Of a DNA stretch of 64,000 nt, positions 48,713 to 60,119 are shown piece by piece (positions within the stretch are counted from its first letter, which is position 1; each line of letters begins with the position of its first letter). Source of the stretch: Vicugna vicugna (taxonomy: Eukaryota). Location of the stretch: positions 1 through 64,000 of the forward strand of contig MU061538.1 in NCBI GenBank assembly GCA_013265495.1, in the 5' to 3' direction. The notes under the pieces were generated by a model, which made no database searches, had not been told where the DNA came from, and saw nothing but the letters and a program-made list of their open reading frames with translations. Position numbers and translations under genes: made by a program.

Positions 48713-48807
48713 ATTCATTGAAAAGCCCTGCTTTTGTGAAAATCTTAAGAAATGGAAGATTATGACATAAAAAATGAAAGAAACTTATGTTTTAAACTAT
48801 GTAGTAA

Positions 48808-48864
48808 GGATGGGGCAGAGGGGGATGGGGCAGAGGGGGAGGGGGGGGGGGGGGGGGGGTGGGG
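48808..48864 (+). repeat. G-rich tract, (GGATGGGGCAGAGGG)x2 plus G19
   Basis: Seen directly; G-quadruplex-compatible G runs. Confidence 0.85.
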
Positions 48865-49208
48865 TCATTTGGCAGAGACCAGGGGAGGGGCTTGGGGTCC
48901 TGAAGGAGCAAAGCCAGTCACAGCTGGAGCCGCGTCCACCGTCCTGAGCGCTTGCTGCAATGGGCAGTGAGTGCTCCAGGCGCCTCATACTTCCGTGTCT
49001 GGTAGCTTCACGTTCCCCAGGAGCAGTCCCCTCATCACATGTTGTACAGATGAGGACACTGAGGGGCCAAGGGTTCGTGGCTTGCTGCTGGAGAAGCAGC
49101 TAGGGCATCGTGAACACGGAGTCTCCTCTTCCTTCCTCTCTGCCTTGTCGCAGCACCTGGTTGTCTTCTGCCCTCCTTAGTTTTTAAAGTGAGTTGATTA
49201 TGTTTCAG

Positions 49209-49285
49209 CCCCTCAGGATCAATGGTGTTAAAGTGTACACTGAAAACGTGGACAAGAGACAGATCATTTTGGACCTTCAGATTAG
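49209..49285 (+). CDS. ESYT2: ESYT2 exon 4 (PLRINGVKVYTENVDKRQIILDLQI-S)
   Basis: tgtttcag|CCC...ATT AG|gtgagt; 77 nt; ends in phase 2. Confidence 0.97.
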
Positions 49286-49449
49286 GTGAGTGTGTGTTGT
49301 GTCAGCTGCGCCCGTGAGGGGGAGGGTGTGAGAGCGCTCTTCTCACCTGCTGTGGGTGGGGTCTGACCAGCTTCTTGTTGAAGACTCACATTGCTTTACT
49401 TCCTGGGTTTCAGTTCCTGATAACCTAGGTGATTGCCACTCATAAAATG

Positions 49450-51230
49450 TGTGAAATAAAAGAAATTACAGGCATTGTAAGGAAAGAAAATCATAGACTC
49501 GTATCCCTTTCGAACAGTGATGCAAAAATCCTCAACGAAATGCTAGCAAGCTGAATTCAGCAACGTGTTGAAGGGATTCTACACTATGACCAAGTAGGGT
49601 TTATTCCTGGGATGCAAGGATGGGTCAACATATAGAGACTGATCAGTGTAACACCCTACATTCACAGAATATGGAGAAAGCCACATGATCAGCTCAGTTA
49701 TACAGAAAAAGCACTTGACAAAGTTCAACACTCTTTCCTGGTAAAAACACTCAGTAAACTGAAGAGACAGAAACTATGTCAGCATAGTGAAAGGCATGTG
49801 TTCACAGTGAGCATCCCGCAAGTGGTAGAAGGCTGAGACCTTTGCCTCCGAGATTGGGAACAAGACAGGGGTGCCAGCTTTCGCCACTGCTGTTCAACAT
49901 GGAGGTTCTTTCAGAGCAAGTAGGTGCGAGGAAAACAAAGTAAGAGGTGTGCACGTTGGAAAGGAAGAAGTAAAATTATCTCTGTGCACAGATGGTATTA
50001 TATTAAATGTAGAAAACCCAAAGATTCCACCACGAAGTCTTTCAGAACTAGTAAACAAATTCAGCAAAGTAGAAGGATACGAAGTCAACACAAAAAAGAA
50101 AAATCAGGTACATTCTGTATACTAACAATGAACAACCCAAAAAGGAAAGTAAGAAGACAATTTCATTTACAATAATCAGAAAGAATAAAATACTTAGGAG
50201 TTAACCGAGGAGGTGAAAGGCTTGTACAATGAAAACCACAAAGCATTGCTGTGAGAAATTAAAGACACAAATACATGGAGACACACAAGAAGACGTAAAT
50301 CCCATGTTCATGGTTTGGAAGATTTAGTATTGTTAAAAGTCAACACTAAAAGCAAGCTGTAGAATCAGTGCAATCTGTATAATCATAGATCTCATAGGGA
50401 CTGAGGTCCCGAATGTGTAAGGAACTCCTTCAACTCAACACAACAAAAAAGCAAATAACCTAATTCAAAAATGAGCAAAGGACTTGGATGGACATTTCTC
50501 TGAGGAAGATACACAAGTGGACAGAGGCACGTGAGAAGTCACAGTTAATCGGGAGACACACGCCCGAACGACCTCACACGCAGCAGGATCCATCACTCAG
50601 AAGACGGCTCAGTGAGGGTCACAGATGTTGGAACCCGTGTGCCCTGGTGGTGAGTGTGTGAAGTAGAAGCACAATAGTGGTTTCTCAAAAAACTTACAGT
50701 GTTACCATTTGATCCAGCAACTCCACTTCTGGGTATGTACCCAAAAGAATTAAGAACAAGATCTCAAAGAAATATTTTTCACAGCAGCTTTATTCACAGT
50801 AGCTAAACCGTGGACACTGCCCAGGTGTCTGTGACTGTTGAGTGGATAAGCAGGAAGTGTCACGTTCGTAGAGCAGAGTGTCATTCAGCCTTTACAGAGA
50901 AGGAGGTGCTGGGGTAGCAGCGTCCATCCTGCGGCAGCAGGGGTGACACACTGACTCAGTAGGCCAGGCACAGAAGGACAAGTTGCGTGTGATTCCACTC
51001 ATACGAGGCCCTTGGAGGAGTCAGATTCGCAGGGACAGAAAGGGGCTGGGGGCGGGGGAGGGGAGCTCGCTGGTCAGCGCTATAGAATTTTTGCAAGATT
51101 GCTAGTGTTCTGGCAGTGGTGGTGGGGGTGGTTGCGCGGCAGCCTGTGCTTCACGCCCCTGAGCCGTGCACCTGGAAGTGGTTGAGGTGGCCAATTCTAC
51201 GTTACGTGTGTTTCACCACAGTAAAAGGTA
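49450..51230 (+). mobile_element. Old, internally deleted L1 (ORF2 RT region to 3' end)
   Basis: gatgcaaaaatcctcaac, gggtttattcctgggatgcaaggatgg, KEEVKLSL..D, ELVNKFSKVEGY; many stops and indels. Confidence 0.88.
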
Positions 51231-51928
51231 ATTGGGAAAAGTGAATTGGGGCCTCCTGGTGCTGTGCCCACAGTAGGGTTTTCTCGGCTCTTGTCTTTGT
51301 CCTTCGTGAACCTGGCTTGTGCTCCCCGCATTCCCTGAGGCCTGTGACATTGCTGTGAGGCAGCGACTGACACACGGCAGCAGGGATATTATTTTATAAT
51401 GTCATCCTGGAGTTTGGAACGAGCGTTAATGTAGTAAACGTGCAGAGTCAGGACTAGTTACTACAGAAGGGAGGATGGACTGCTCCAAGGACGTAATGTG
51501 GAAAACTCGGAGTCTTTGGTGTACTTGGCACCACTGCAAACGCTGCTGCCACCAGGGGAGTGAAGAGGAAGCCTGGGAAGGACTGTCCACTAGCTGAGCA
51601 TGCGATTCCGGGGCACAAACCTTGTCCTCTTGTTCCAGCAACAAGGGAGCGTTTCACACGTTTATTAAATACTTGTTGGAGTGAACCTGTTGACTGATGC
51701 CGTTTTGAAGACACCATCTGGCTTTTGTGGTTTTAGCAGACATCATGGCACATGGAAGTGATGCAGCTCAGATGTTCGTGTCTCCAGAAAATCTGTACTC
51801 TGCCTTCTTGTGTGTTCCAGACAGGGACCTAAGTTATTGGCAGTAGAGACATGGAAGGAGTGATTGAATGAAGTTAGGAAGCAAAATGATCAAGGCTTAA
51901 AGTGCATTGGTGAAAACTTGTCACTGGC

Positions 51929-52357
51929 TGTGTGCCTCTGCGAGGATTGCGTCGCCGGGAGCTGCAGCCCTGAGCACTAGAACCCTGAGGGGAGGTCTGG
52001 GCGGAGACGAGAATGAGGTGTTCTGTGCCCTGGGGAAGACAGCAGACCATGCCTGCAGATAGTTAGAGACTTCCAGGAGAAGACTTTATGAGCCCAGATC
52101 CTTGTCTCTTCATATTTGGAAAAGCACTGAAATCATTAATGGGGACACCTGCTCCTCGGGACCAGCAGCACGTGTGCTGCCTAAACGTGTGCTGACCGCA
52201 CGTCCCTCCAGCTTCCCCAGGACCGGGTGCACTCACCTCCCCCGCATCTTGGAGCAGCCTCAGAGCCACCTGAGACCCTGTCTCCCGGGGCAGAGTCCTC
52301 ATTTGCCACAAATGAAACTTAACTCACAGCTCTCACATGCATTTTTCTCAGTTGACA
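51929..52357 (+). mobile_element. ERV solo LTR, copy B (same family as 17019-17451)
   Basis: TG...cagttgaCA; direct homology to copy A. Confidence 0.78.
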
Positions 52358-53010
52358 AGTGAAAAAGGGGAAAGTTTTGAGATGGTTTTGAAGCAGGCTA
52401 TTGGTGATGTGCCCACAAGCAGGAGACCCGTGCTCAGTTTGAAGGCCCTGTAGGTACTGACTTTTGCACCAGGACCACAAAGATGGGGAGAACATGCCCT
52501 AGATGCCTTTCGTTAGTACTTTGCTCGTGCGCTTAGACACTCTGTGTCCAGTGATGATCAAACTGACCCTGGGGATTCCCAGCAGGAGCATAATGTTCTG
52601 CTTCTGGAGTCGAGGGTGGGAGCCATGCAAAGCATCCTGTTTGTGTTAAAAAGAGGTGCACGCCTTACATGCAGCATCACGTGTGTCCAGGTGTGCTTCG
52701 CGCTAAAGAGTGAAATGACTTGTCACTGAGTAAAATTGATGCCCGGACACATGCCATGTCTCTAACCCCTGACGGCACCGGGCACATCCTGAGCCTCGCT
52801 GCCGTGGGCCTCACTGCCGTGGGCAGGAGTTGGCTCTGCAGCAGTGAGCACTGTGCCCCGGCAGGAACGTACTCGGACATGGGCGGGGCTGCAGGCGACA
52901 GCTTTGCCTGCAGTCTGATGTTGTTGCGTTACTGTCATTGTATTCAAATTATATATCTTGCGGGTCTGTGGTGATTAAGAGAATGTAATACAGAACTTTT
53001 TCTTTGCTAG

Positions 53011-53083
53011 TTTTGTAGGAAATTGTGAGATTGATTTGGAGATCAAGCGGTATTTTTGTAGAGCTGGTGTGCAGAGTATACAG
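53011..53083 (+). CDS. ESYT2: ESYT2 exon 5 (S-FVGNCEIDLEIKRYFCRAGVQSIQ)
   Basis: tttttctttgctag|T TTT...CAG|gtaagg; 73 nt. Confidence 0.97.
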
Positions 53084-53328
53084 GTAAGGTTTTTTAAGTT
53101 TCATGGTCTTCTCAAATTCTCTATGCTCTATTCAAAAAAAAAGTTGTGAAGTTTTTATTAACTCAGAATTTCTTTGAAGTTAAGTTTTTCTTCATAGGTT
53201 ATACTTGAGAGAAAACTGAAGTCAGATGCTCAGAAATCACTAAGAACATCATGCACCCCCTCCTAGCATCAGTAAGTGGCCTGTGGACTTGTTTTCTGTC
53301 ACATACTTTGGTCTCTGTTTGAATTCAG

Positions 53329-53418
53329 ATTCATGGTACCATGCGGGTGATCCTGGAGCCGCTGATTGGAGACATGCCCTTGGTGGGAGCTTTGTCGATC
53401 TTCTTCCTCAGGAAGCCA
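53329..53418 (+). CDS. ESYT2: ESYT2 exon 6 (IHGTMRVILEPLIGDMPLVGALSIFFLRKP)
   Basis: gaattcag|ATT...CCA|gtaagt; 90 nt. Confidence 0.97.
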
Positions 53419-55736
53419 GTAAGTCCACCTTTATCTCCTTCTCCAGCTCACTGACAAGCATGTGCACATACGAAGAATATACAGAGTGGAGGAAGAGAGT
53501 TTAACTCACTCCATTCCCTTTCTGGAGCATGACTCCTATGTGTTTTCATCTCTTTATGCTTGGTGGAGGGCTTCACATCTCTTGGTAGACAGTTTTTTTC
53601 CTGATTATAAAAATAAAGTATTTGCTACAGAAAATTTGAAAAGAGACTTTTAAAAAAACAGTGGGTGGGAACTAATATTCAGCACCTATCACTGAGTAGG
53701 ATGTATAGATATTTACTCATTCAGTCCTCATAGCTCTGTAGTTACCTACTCACACAGTTTCCTTTTGCCGGCCAGGAACTGAGTCTGATTTGTCCAAGTC
53801 ACAGAACCATGAGTCTGGGCGTCTGCACCTGGCCCAGCCTGGCCGGCAGAGGTGCTGTCCTCAGGCCCCCAGGTCTCCCCACGGCCCCCGAGCTGGCAGT
53901 GCGTGAAGCACACAGACACACCCTCAGTTTTTGAAAAGTCACAAAGATTCTTTTTGACTGAATTATATTCTAACACTTTGATAAACTGTGGGAAATAGTA
54001 TCATTTCACATTGTTAGATATGTGTGGTGGTCCATTTTTGGTTACAAGGAGTCAATACTCATTACTAATTAGGCACAAAAATAAGAGAACAGAAATGTCA
54101 TTCCCACCTAGACGCTCCCCCCACCGTGGCCTCACTCCTCCCCAGTGACCCTGTCCCTACATGGCTGCTCGCCTGGGCTTCTACAGCCTTCAGTTGGCTT
54201 CCTGTCTGGCTCTATCCTCAGAAGACGTCACCACTGGCGTGTCTTCCCAGGTGCTCACTGACCCCCAGGGGCCGGCTCTCGCTTGCAGACAGTCCTCTGG
54301 TCCAGGTGAGGCCTGTCTCCCCAGCCCTTCTCCTGGCTCAGCCCCTGCTGACTGAGCACGGGAAGTCACAGTGCACGGTAGTGCCCCCAACCTCATGTCT
54401 CTTTACCACCCCCTCGTCCTCTCTCCTCTCCCAGAGCATTGCCCTCCCCTCTCTGTTTCTCCCCTTCCCAGGACACAGATAGTCAGGCCCTCCTTGGCGC
54501 CCAGAGCCCTGTACCTGGTCGCTCCCGTCTCCGGAGCTCTTGAAGCACAGCCGCATCTGTCTCCGTACAGTAGAGTAAATGTCGGATGAATAGGTCGATC
54601 TGTTCTGCATCTGTCTCTTCACCAGGTGCCACTTTTGTAGCCTGTGACGTGCCCTTCTGGAGGCACCGTTAACATCATGTGTGATTTGGAGTGGGGATAT
54701 TCATGTGTGTAATTTGATTCAAATAACTGAATACAAATTATTGTCTTCAGGTTTTTAACATACAGGTTTATCTAGACCAAGTGAGTGGCACTTTTCTGTA
54801 TAAAAATATAAGACTTAAGTGTCATCACTTTGTTACCACTAAAATTATTATTCGCCTTTGCTTTTTATTGCTTAAATAATTGGCTTATTTTGAATGTACT
54901 TTAACAACAGAAAACAAGGTAAAATTCAAAAACTATTAAGGAACTTCTGTGTTAAATTTTAATTTACTAAAATTTTGAGAAATGAGATTTATGAAAGATT
55001 TAAAATTCATGGATTTTTTTCCCCACACGCAAGTTGTTTAAAAGCCAGAATGTTTAAGAAAATCACTTTATTAACAAGTATAAAAAGACTAGTCCCTAGC
55101 AAAATGCTAAATAATTTCAGTTTACAGGGAATTTTTAACAATTTACAGAAAGACCTTTTTGTCAGTTTAGACGTAACAAAATTAAAATCTGTAAGTCTTA
55201 CTTTTTAACTTAGCAATATTCTTCCTTAGTTTGGATCTTCCATAGGTGTATTTAGTTTAAAAACTAACATCGTAGTATTAACTTCCAAGTGAAATTTTAG
55301 TGCTCAGAAAAGAAGGATGAGGCGATGAAAGGTTGAAAATCTCGTGTCCTTGTATGGTGAGTTACAATCACCAAACACAGGGTTCGGAGAAAGGGGACTT
55401 TTTCAGTCACTTCCATCTGAAAACTATGAAAACAAAGCTCCCTGTTGGTGCCAGGTCCTTCCTCACTCCAGGGAAAGACGGGGTTTTGACCCTCCAGATG
55501 ACGTAGAGGCGAAGACTTGGTCTGCTTGCTGGTTTGTCTAGGTTCGTGTTGGTAACATGCTGCTTGTTTAAGAAAGAAACTGAAAGCACGCGGTGTGCTG
55601 GGTTTGTGGGGCGCAGAGAAGACAGGACGGGTCACACTGAACTGCTCTGGGTCACGTGGTGGAGGCAGGCGCCACCCAGCCTCCGTCTCCACCCGGGTTC
55701 TTCCTCTTCCTTGATCTGTGTGCTTTGAACAGATTG

Positions 55737-56065
55737 CAGTCTCCCCTCAGTGTCTGCAGGGGACTGGATCCAGGCCTCCCTTGGATTCCAGAATCTGTAG
55801 ATGCTCAAGTTCCTTATACAAATGGTGTAGCATTTGGACATGACCTGTGCTCATCCTCCTGTGTACTTTAAATTATCAGTATACCTAATACAGTAGATTC
55901 TGCATAAATAGTTTAAAATTCAATGTAAATGCTATGTAAATAGTTGCCGTAGTGCTGCAAATGTAAGGTTTACTTTCTGGGACTTCCTGGAATTTTTTCT
56001 TTCCAGATAGTTTTCATCCGTGGTTGGTTGAATTCAAGGATGTGGAACTGGAACCCTCAGATGTA
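55737..56065. mobile_element. MER2 (TcMar-Tigger) DNA transposon remnant
   Basis: gatgctcaagttccttata...catcctcctgtgtactttaaat...caatgtaaatgctatgtaaatagttg...ggttggttgaat. Confidence 0.8.
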
Positions 56066-56836
56066 TTTAATTTCTTTAAGCCCCAGTTTCTCCGACAGCA
56101 ACTTGGGGATGGATTCCAGCAACACCTCTCTGGGAAGATTAGATATGAAGATGGAGCATTAGTGGGTGTAAAACACTTAAGTACAGTACCAGGCCCGTAG
56201 TGTAAGTCTTCAGGTTTTTAAGAAATCCAAAGTATTCCTAAATGTAGGGTTATTACTCTGGTGGAGTCTGACACCAGAGGTCAAGTATTGGTAAGCACAA
56301 AAGTTTGGATGGAGGTTCTGGCACTAGCCGGGGCGACCCAGCTGGGCGGGTGGCCACCTGCACGCGCTAACCTGGCAGACGTTGGGAGTGTCTGAGCACG
56401 CACGCTCAAGGGTGTTCGGGAGTCCTTGCGTCACCTCTGCGTCTGTCGCAGGAGTGTGGAGTAGGCTGGACTGACTCTGGAGGTCTTTTCTGGAACTTCT
56501 CCGGGGCATGGTCTGGGACTTGCTCTGAATGTGGTTATCCTGGGTCTCTGAGTCACAGGTTGAGTTTCTTCACCTGTGAAATGGGAATAGCATCTTCCTT
56601 CTAGAGTGACTGTGAGAAGGAACCAGGTCCTCCCAGCCAGGACTCCAGTGTTGAGGAACCTTCAGCAGAGGACGGAAAAGGAAGGGCTTGCTTTATAAAC
56701 AAATTAGCATATTTAGGTGCCTCATGAAGCCCGTGCCGGGGCTGCAGTCGCGGGTTAGGGACAGAATGGAACGTGGGCCGTGAGCGCCGGGGCCGCTGTC
56801 CCTCTCCCATGCTGTTCTGCCTTGGCTTCGTCCTTC

Positions 56837-57410
56837 TGTTGCTGAAAGATGAGCCCCCGTCCCCGACGAGCCAAATAACCCAGAGACAAGGTCTTCGAGC
56901 TTCTTAGAAGAAAAGAGGCAGCTTTATTACTTTGCCTGGCAAAGGGGACTCACAGCAGGCTCGTGCCTTCAGAACTGTGAGCCCGTCTTGGGGTTGGGGT
57001 ATCTATCAACAAGAGCCTCTGGTGAAGCTTCCTTCCGAATCTTGGCGAGTCTGTCCAGCATCATGGGACTGTCCACTGGTCTGGAGTGTCATCAGCACGT
57101 GACCTTCTTTATCTGATCAGGCTCATTAGGCGCCAGGAGGGACTTCAGAGGGTCTGGTCACTCTCCTGAGGTTGTCCGGTGACTCCCTTCCTAGGGGGAT
57201 GACTCAGAATCCAAACATGATTGTAAATTTCAGTTGCCAGAGTGAAGTAAAACAAACAGGAAAATTAATAACTCCAGCTCTAATTGTAACAATGGGCCTG
57301 GGCCTGGGGCAGTGTCCGGTCAGATTTGCTGACCGTTTTAAAAGTAAACGGCAGGTATAAGGCCAGGAATTAGTTAGCCTAAGCGCGGCCATTTTATTAT
57401 TTCTCTTTCA
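56837..57410 (-). mobile_element. ERV1-class solo LTR (574 bp) with 4-bp TSD
   Basis: Minus strand starts TGAAAG and ends AACA; AATAAA at 56923-56928 (minus); CTTC duplicated at 56833-56836 and 57411-57414. Confidence 0.8.
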
Positions 57411-60063
57411 CTTCTCTCTGTGCCTTCACTCTGTCCTTGCCTGCCCTGTTCTAGCAACACCCAACACGGGCCCTTAACCCCAGACCAGGAGTGGAAGTTC
57501 TGGTGTTTGAACAGGGCTCCCAGAAACCAATTCCACAACCCTTGGTGGGTGGCAGGGAGATGGAGGGGCAGGGCCAGGCAGACAGGCCTGCAGGGCTGCC
57601 GGACTAAGGAGGGCCTGGACTTAGACTGCACGTTAAGACTGAGAGCACCTGGGGAGCTTCGGGGGTGTTTATAAGGTGTTCTCTGAGCCTCCTGGATCTG
57701 GAGTTTGGTGTCTTCATACGTTGGAGAGTCTCGTCTCGTCACCGTTGTCCAGGCGCACTTTCAGTGGCCCTTGGAGTCTTGTGCGAGAGAGAGTCTCGCG
57801 CACAACCCCAGCAGTACTGCATCTCTGTGGTCTGGGCCTAGGATGGTGTCCCCCCCGCCCCCAGGGCACAGAGGGTGGGTTGTCTTCCTTCCTCTCAGCT
57901 GCAGTGGGCCTCCTTCTTTGTGTCCTCTGGGGAAGGCAGGCCTGTGTCTCTCCAGTAGCAGCTGCCCCTCCCTGGCCTCTCCCTGCAGGAAGTCCTGTCG
58001 GCCGGCACACCACATGGGGTGTGTGCTGATTTCTGTGGATTCCATAGGGCCCCTCTGGCTGTGCTGCCCCGGGGGCTCTGTCACCTCAGCTCCCTGTGCA
58101 CTTAGGAAGGATGCTCTTCCCAGTTTCCTGCGTCCCAAGTAGGGGCTGGGAGTCCCAGGAGCTTTATGATGTAAGGAGAGCATTCGTGACCTTTACCACC
58201 AGCCCAAATAGGCATTTCAAACACTCTGGAGAGGAGCAGGAGCCAGCAGTCTATATTTTTAACCAATGTCCCACACAGGACGCCTGGCCCTGGCATGCAG
58301 TCTGCTGCAGTGAGGGTTGTGGTTGCCGCCTCCGTAGCACCATCCGCGGGTCCCCAGGGAGGCCGCGGGTGCAAGTCTGAGCTTCCGTGGATCACACGTG
58401 CGCTGGTGCGGTTGCAGTGAGACCGCATTACTCGTTGCTCCTCACAGGAGAGCATGGCAGCCCCAGGGGTGGTTTCCCATCACTGGGAAATGCGTCTCAC
58501 TGGCTCTTCAGTTTCCTGAAGGAGATCTCAGTCGGGGAGGGGGGGTGCAGGGAGGCACTAATTTTAGCTGTTTTTCCAAAGCGCTGCCTGGACCTGCCCC
58601 TCCCAGTGAGCTCCTGCCTGTGTCCCCATATGTGGGCACTTATGCGCTCACACTTTCACACAGTCACTCACACTCCTCTCCCCCTGCCTCCCACCCCTCC
58701 TTCGACCCCAGCCCCTTCTGGTGCCCCCCCCCACCATGTGCCTTCAGGACCTTGAACATGGGGGCCCTTGGCCTGGGGCTTGCTTTTTTGTGTTGAAATC
58801 TCCTCTCTTTCCAAACCCAACTGAGTCCTTCCTTCCATGAATTCTGCCCCTGCCCCCCCACCTCACCCCGGCGCTTTGTTTCTCTGAGCTTGGGTAGCGT
58901 CTCTTCATTTTGACAAGGGGCCTGTGAGCAGGCCTCTGTCTCCTGAGAGTTTATTGTCTAGTGATGGTTGCAGTCCCTTCCCAGAGGTGGCTCTCTGAGA
59001 CGGCCCTGGAGGTTTCTTTACTCTTTCTGGTTCAGCAGGATTGCCCAGGCTCCCGGTAACAGTTTTTGCCCCAGGCCTGGATTTCTTCAAAATCCCCTGT
59101 CCTTTAAGTGGAAAGTGCGTTTGAGATCATGATCGGGGTGCCGGGAGGTTCTACTTTCAGGACTTGTTGAAATGGTTGCTTTTGAGTTTTGATCCAGATG
59201 AATCCTAACCCTTCCCGTTCATGTTTGTACTTCCCAGTTTTGTTACTCGGGTGTGTGGGTGTTGGAGGCCATGCAGTCTCGCCTGACGTCTTCTGCACAC
59301 ACAAGGCCCAGGTGATTCTACTACATGCAGTGCTCGTCTTCATAGGAAAAGCAGCGTTTCTAACCGGTGCTCTTTACCTGTCCACATCCATTTAAGAGAC
59401 TCTCAGCCAACTACGTAGGAATTCTTCTCAGTTAAATGCCTACTAGGAAAATGAGCAGAAAATACAAATGTTGAATGAACGGAAGGAACATGTTCCGCCA
59501 ACATCAGGAAAATGCAGATTGAAAGAGTGGTAAAGTGCCATATTTTAACTACCAGAAAGGCTGATTTTTAATGTCTCTCTTTGATGAGAGTATAGGAGAA
59601 AGGATATCTTCCTACACTTTTGCTGTAATACAAACTGATACAGTATTGGGGCAACTAGGTGGCATCTATCACATAGAAAGTAAACACACGTCTCTGACAA
59701 CTTCCACTTTCGGAACACTGGTCTCCACATGCATGTAAGAACATGTGGTAAAAAGATACTAAATCACTACTTACAGTAAAAGAGAAACTAAGTATTCAAA
59801 GTGCTCATCAATAAGAGAATGGTATATAAATAATCACATGATTTTACTGGAGAAAACTATGAGCTCAAGAGACACAACGAGAGCAGGCAGGCCATCTGCA
59901 CACCGACAGGGCCGGCGGCCTCCAAGTTCTCCTGCTTGGGGAACGAGGCCCGGGACAGCATTACGCAGGAGCCCGTCTGTTTGTAAAGAAACACCTGTGT
60001 GATTGCATATGATAACTGGAAATAATTTGCATGCATAATATTTTTGCCCTTTTCTCATTACAG

Positions 60064-60119
60064 CTTTTAGAAATTAACTGGACAGGACTGACTAATCTTC
60101 TCGACATCCCTGGGTTGAA
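60064..60119 (+). CDS. ESYT2: ESYT2 exon 7 (LLEINWTGLTNLLDIPGL-N)
   Basis: ttttctcattacag|CTT...TTG AA|gtaagt; 56 nt. Confidence 0.97.

Noticed and set aside
17019..52357. A single provirus bounded by the two homologous LTRs
   Set aside because: They are 35 kb apart, enclose host ESYT2 exons, show no gag/pol/env and no shared TSD.
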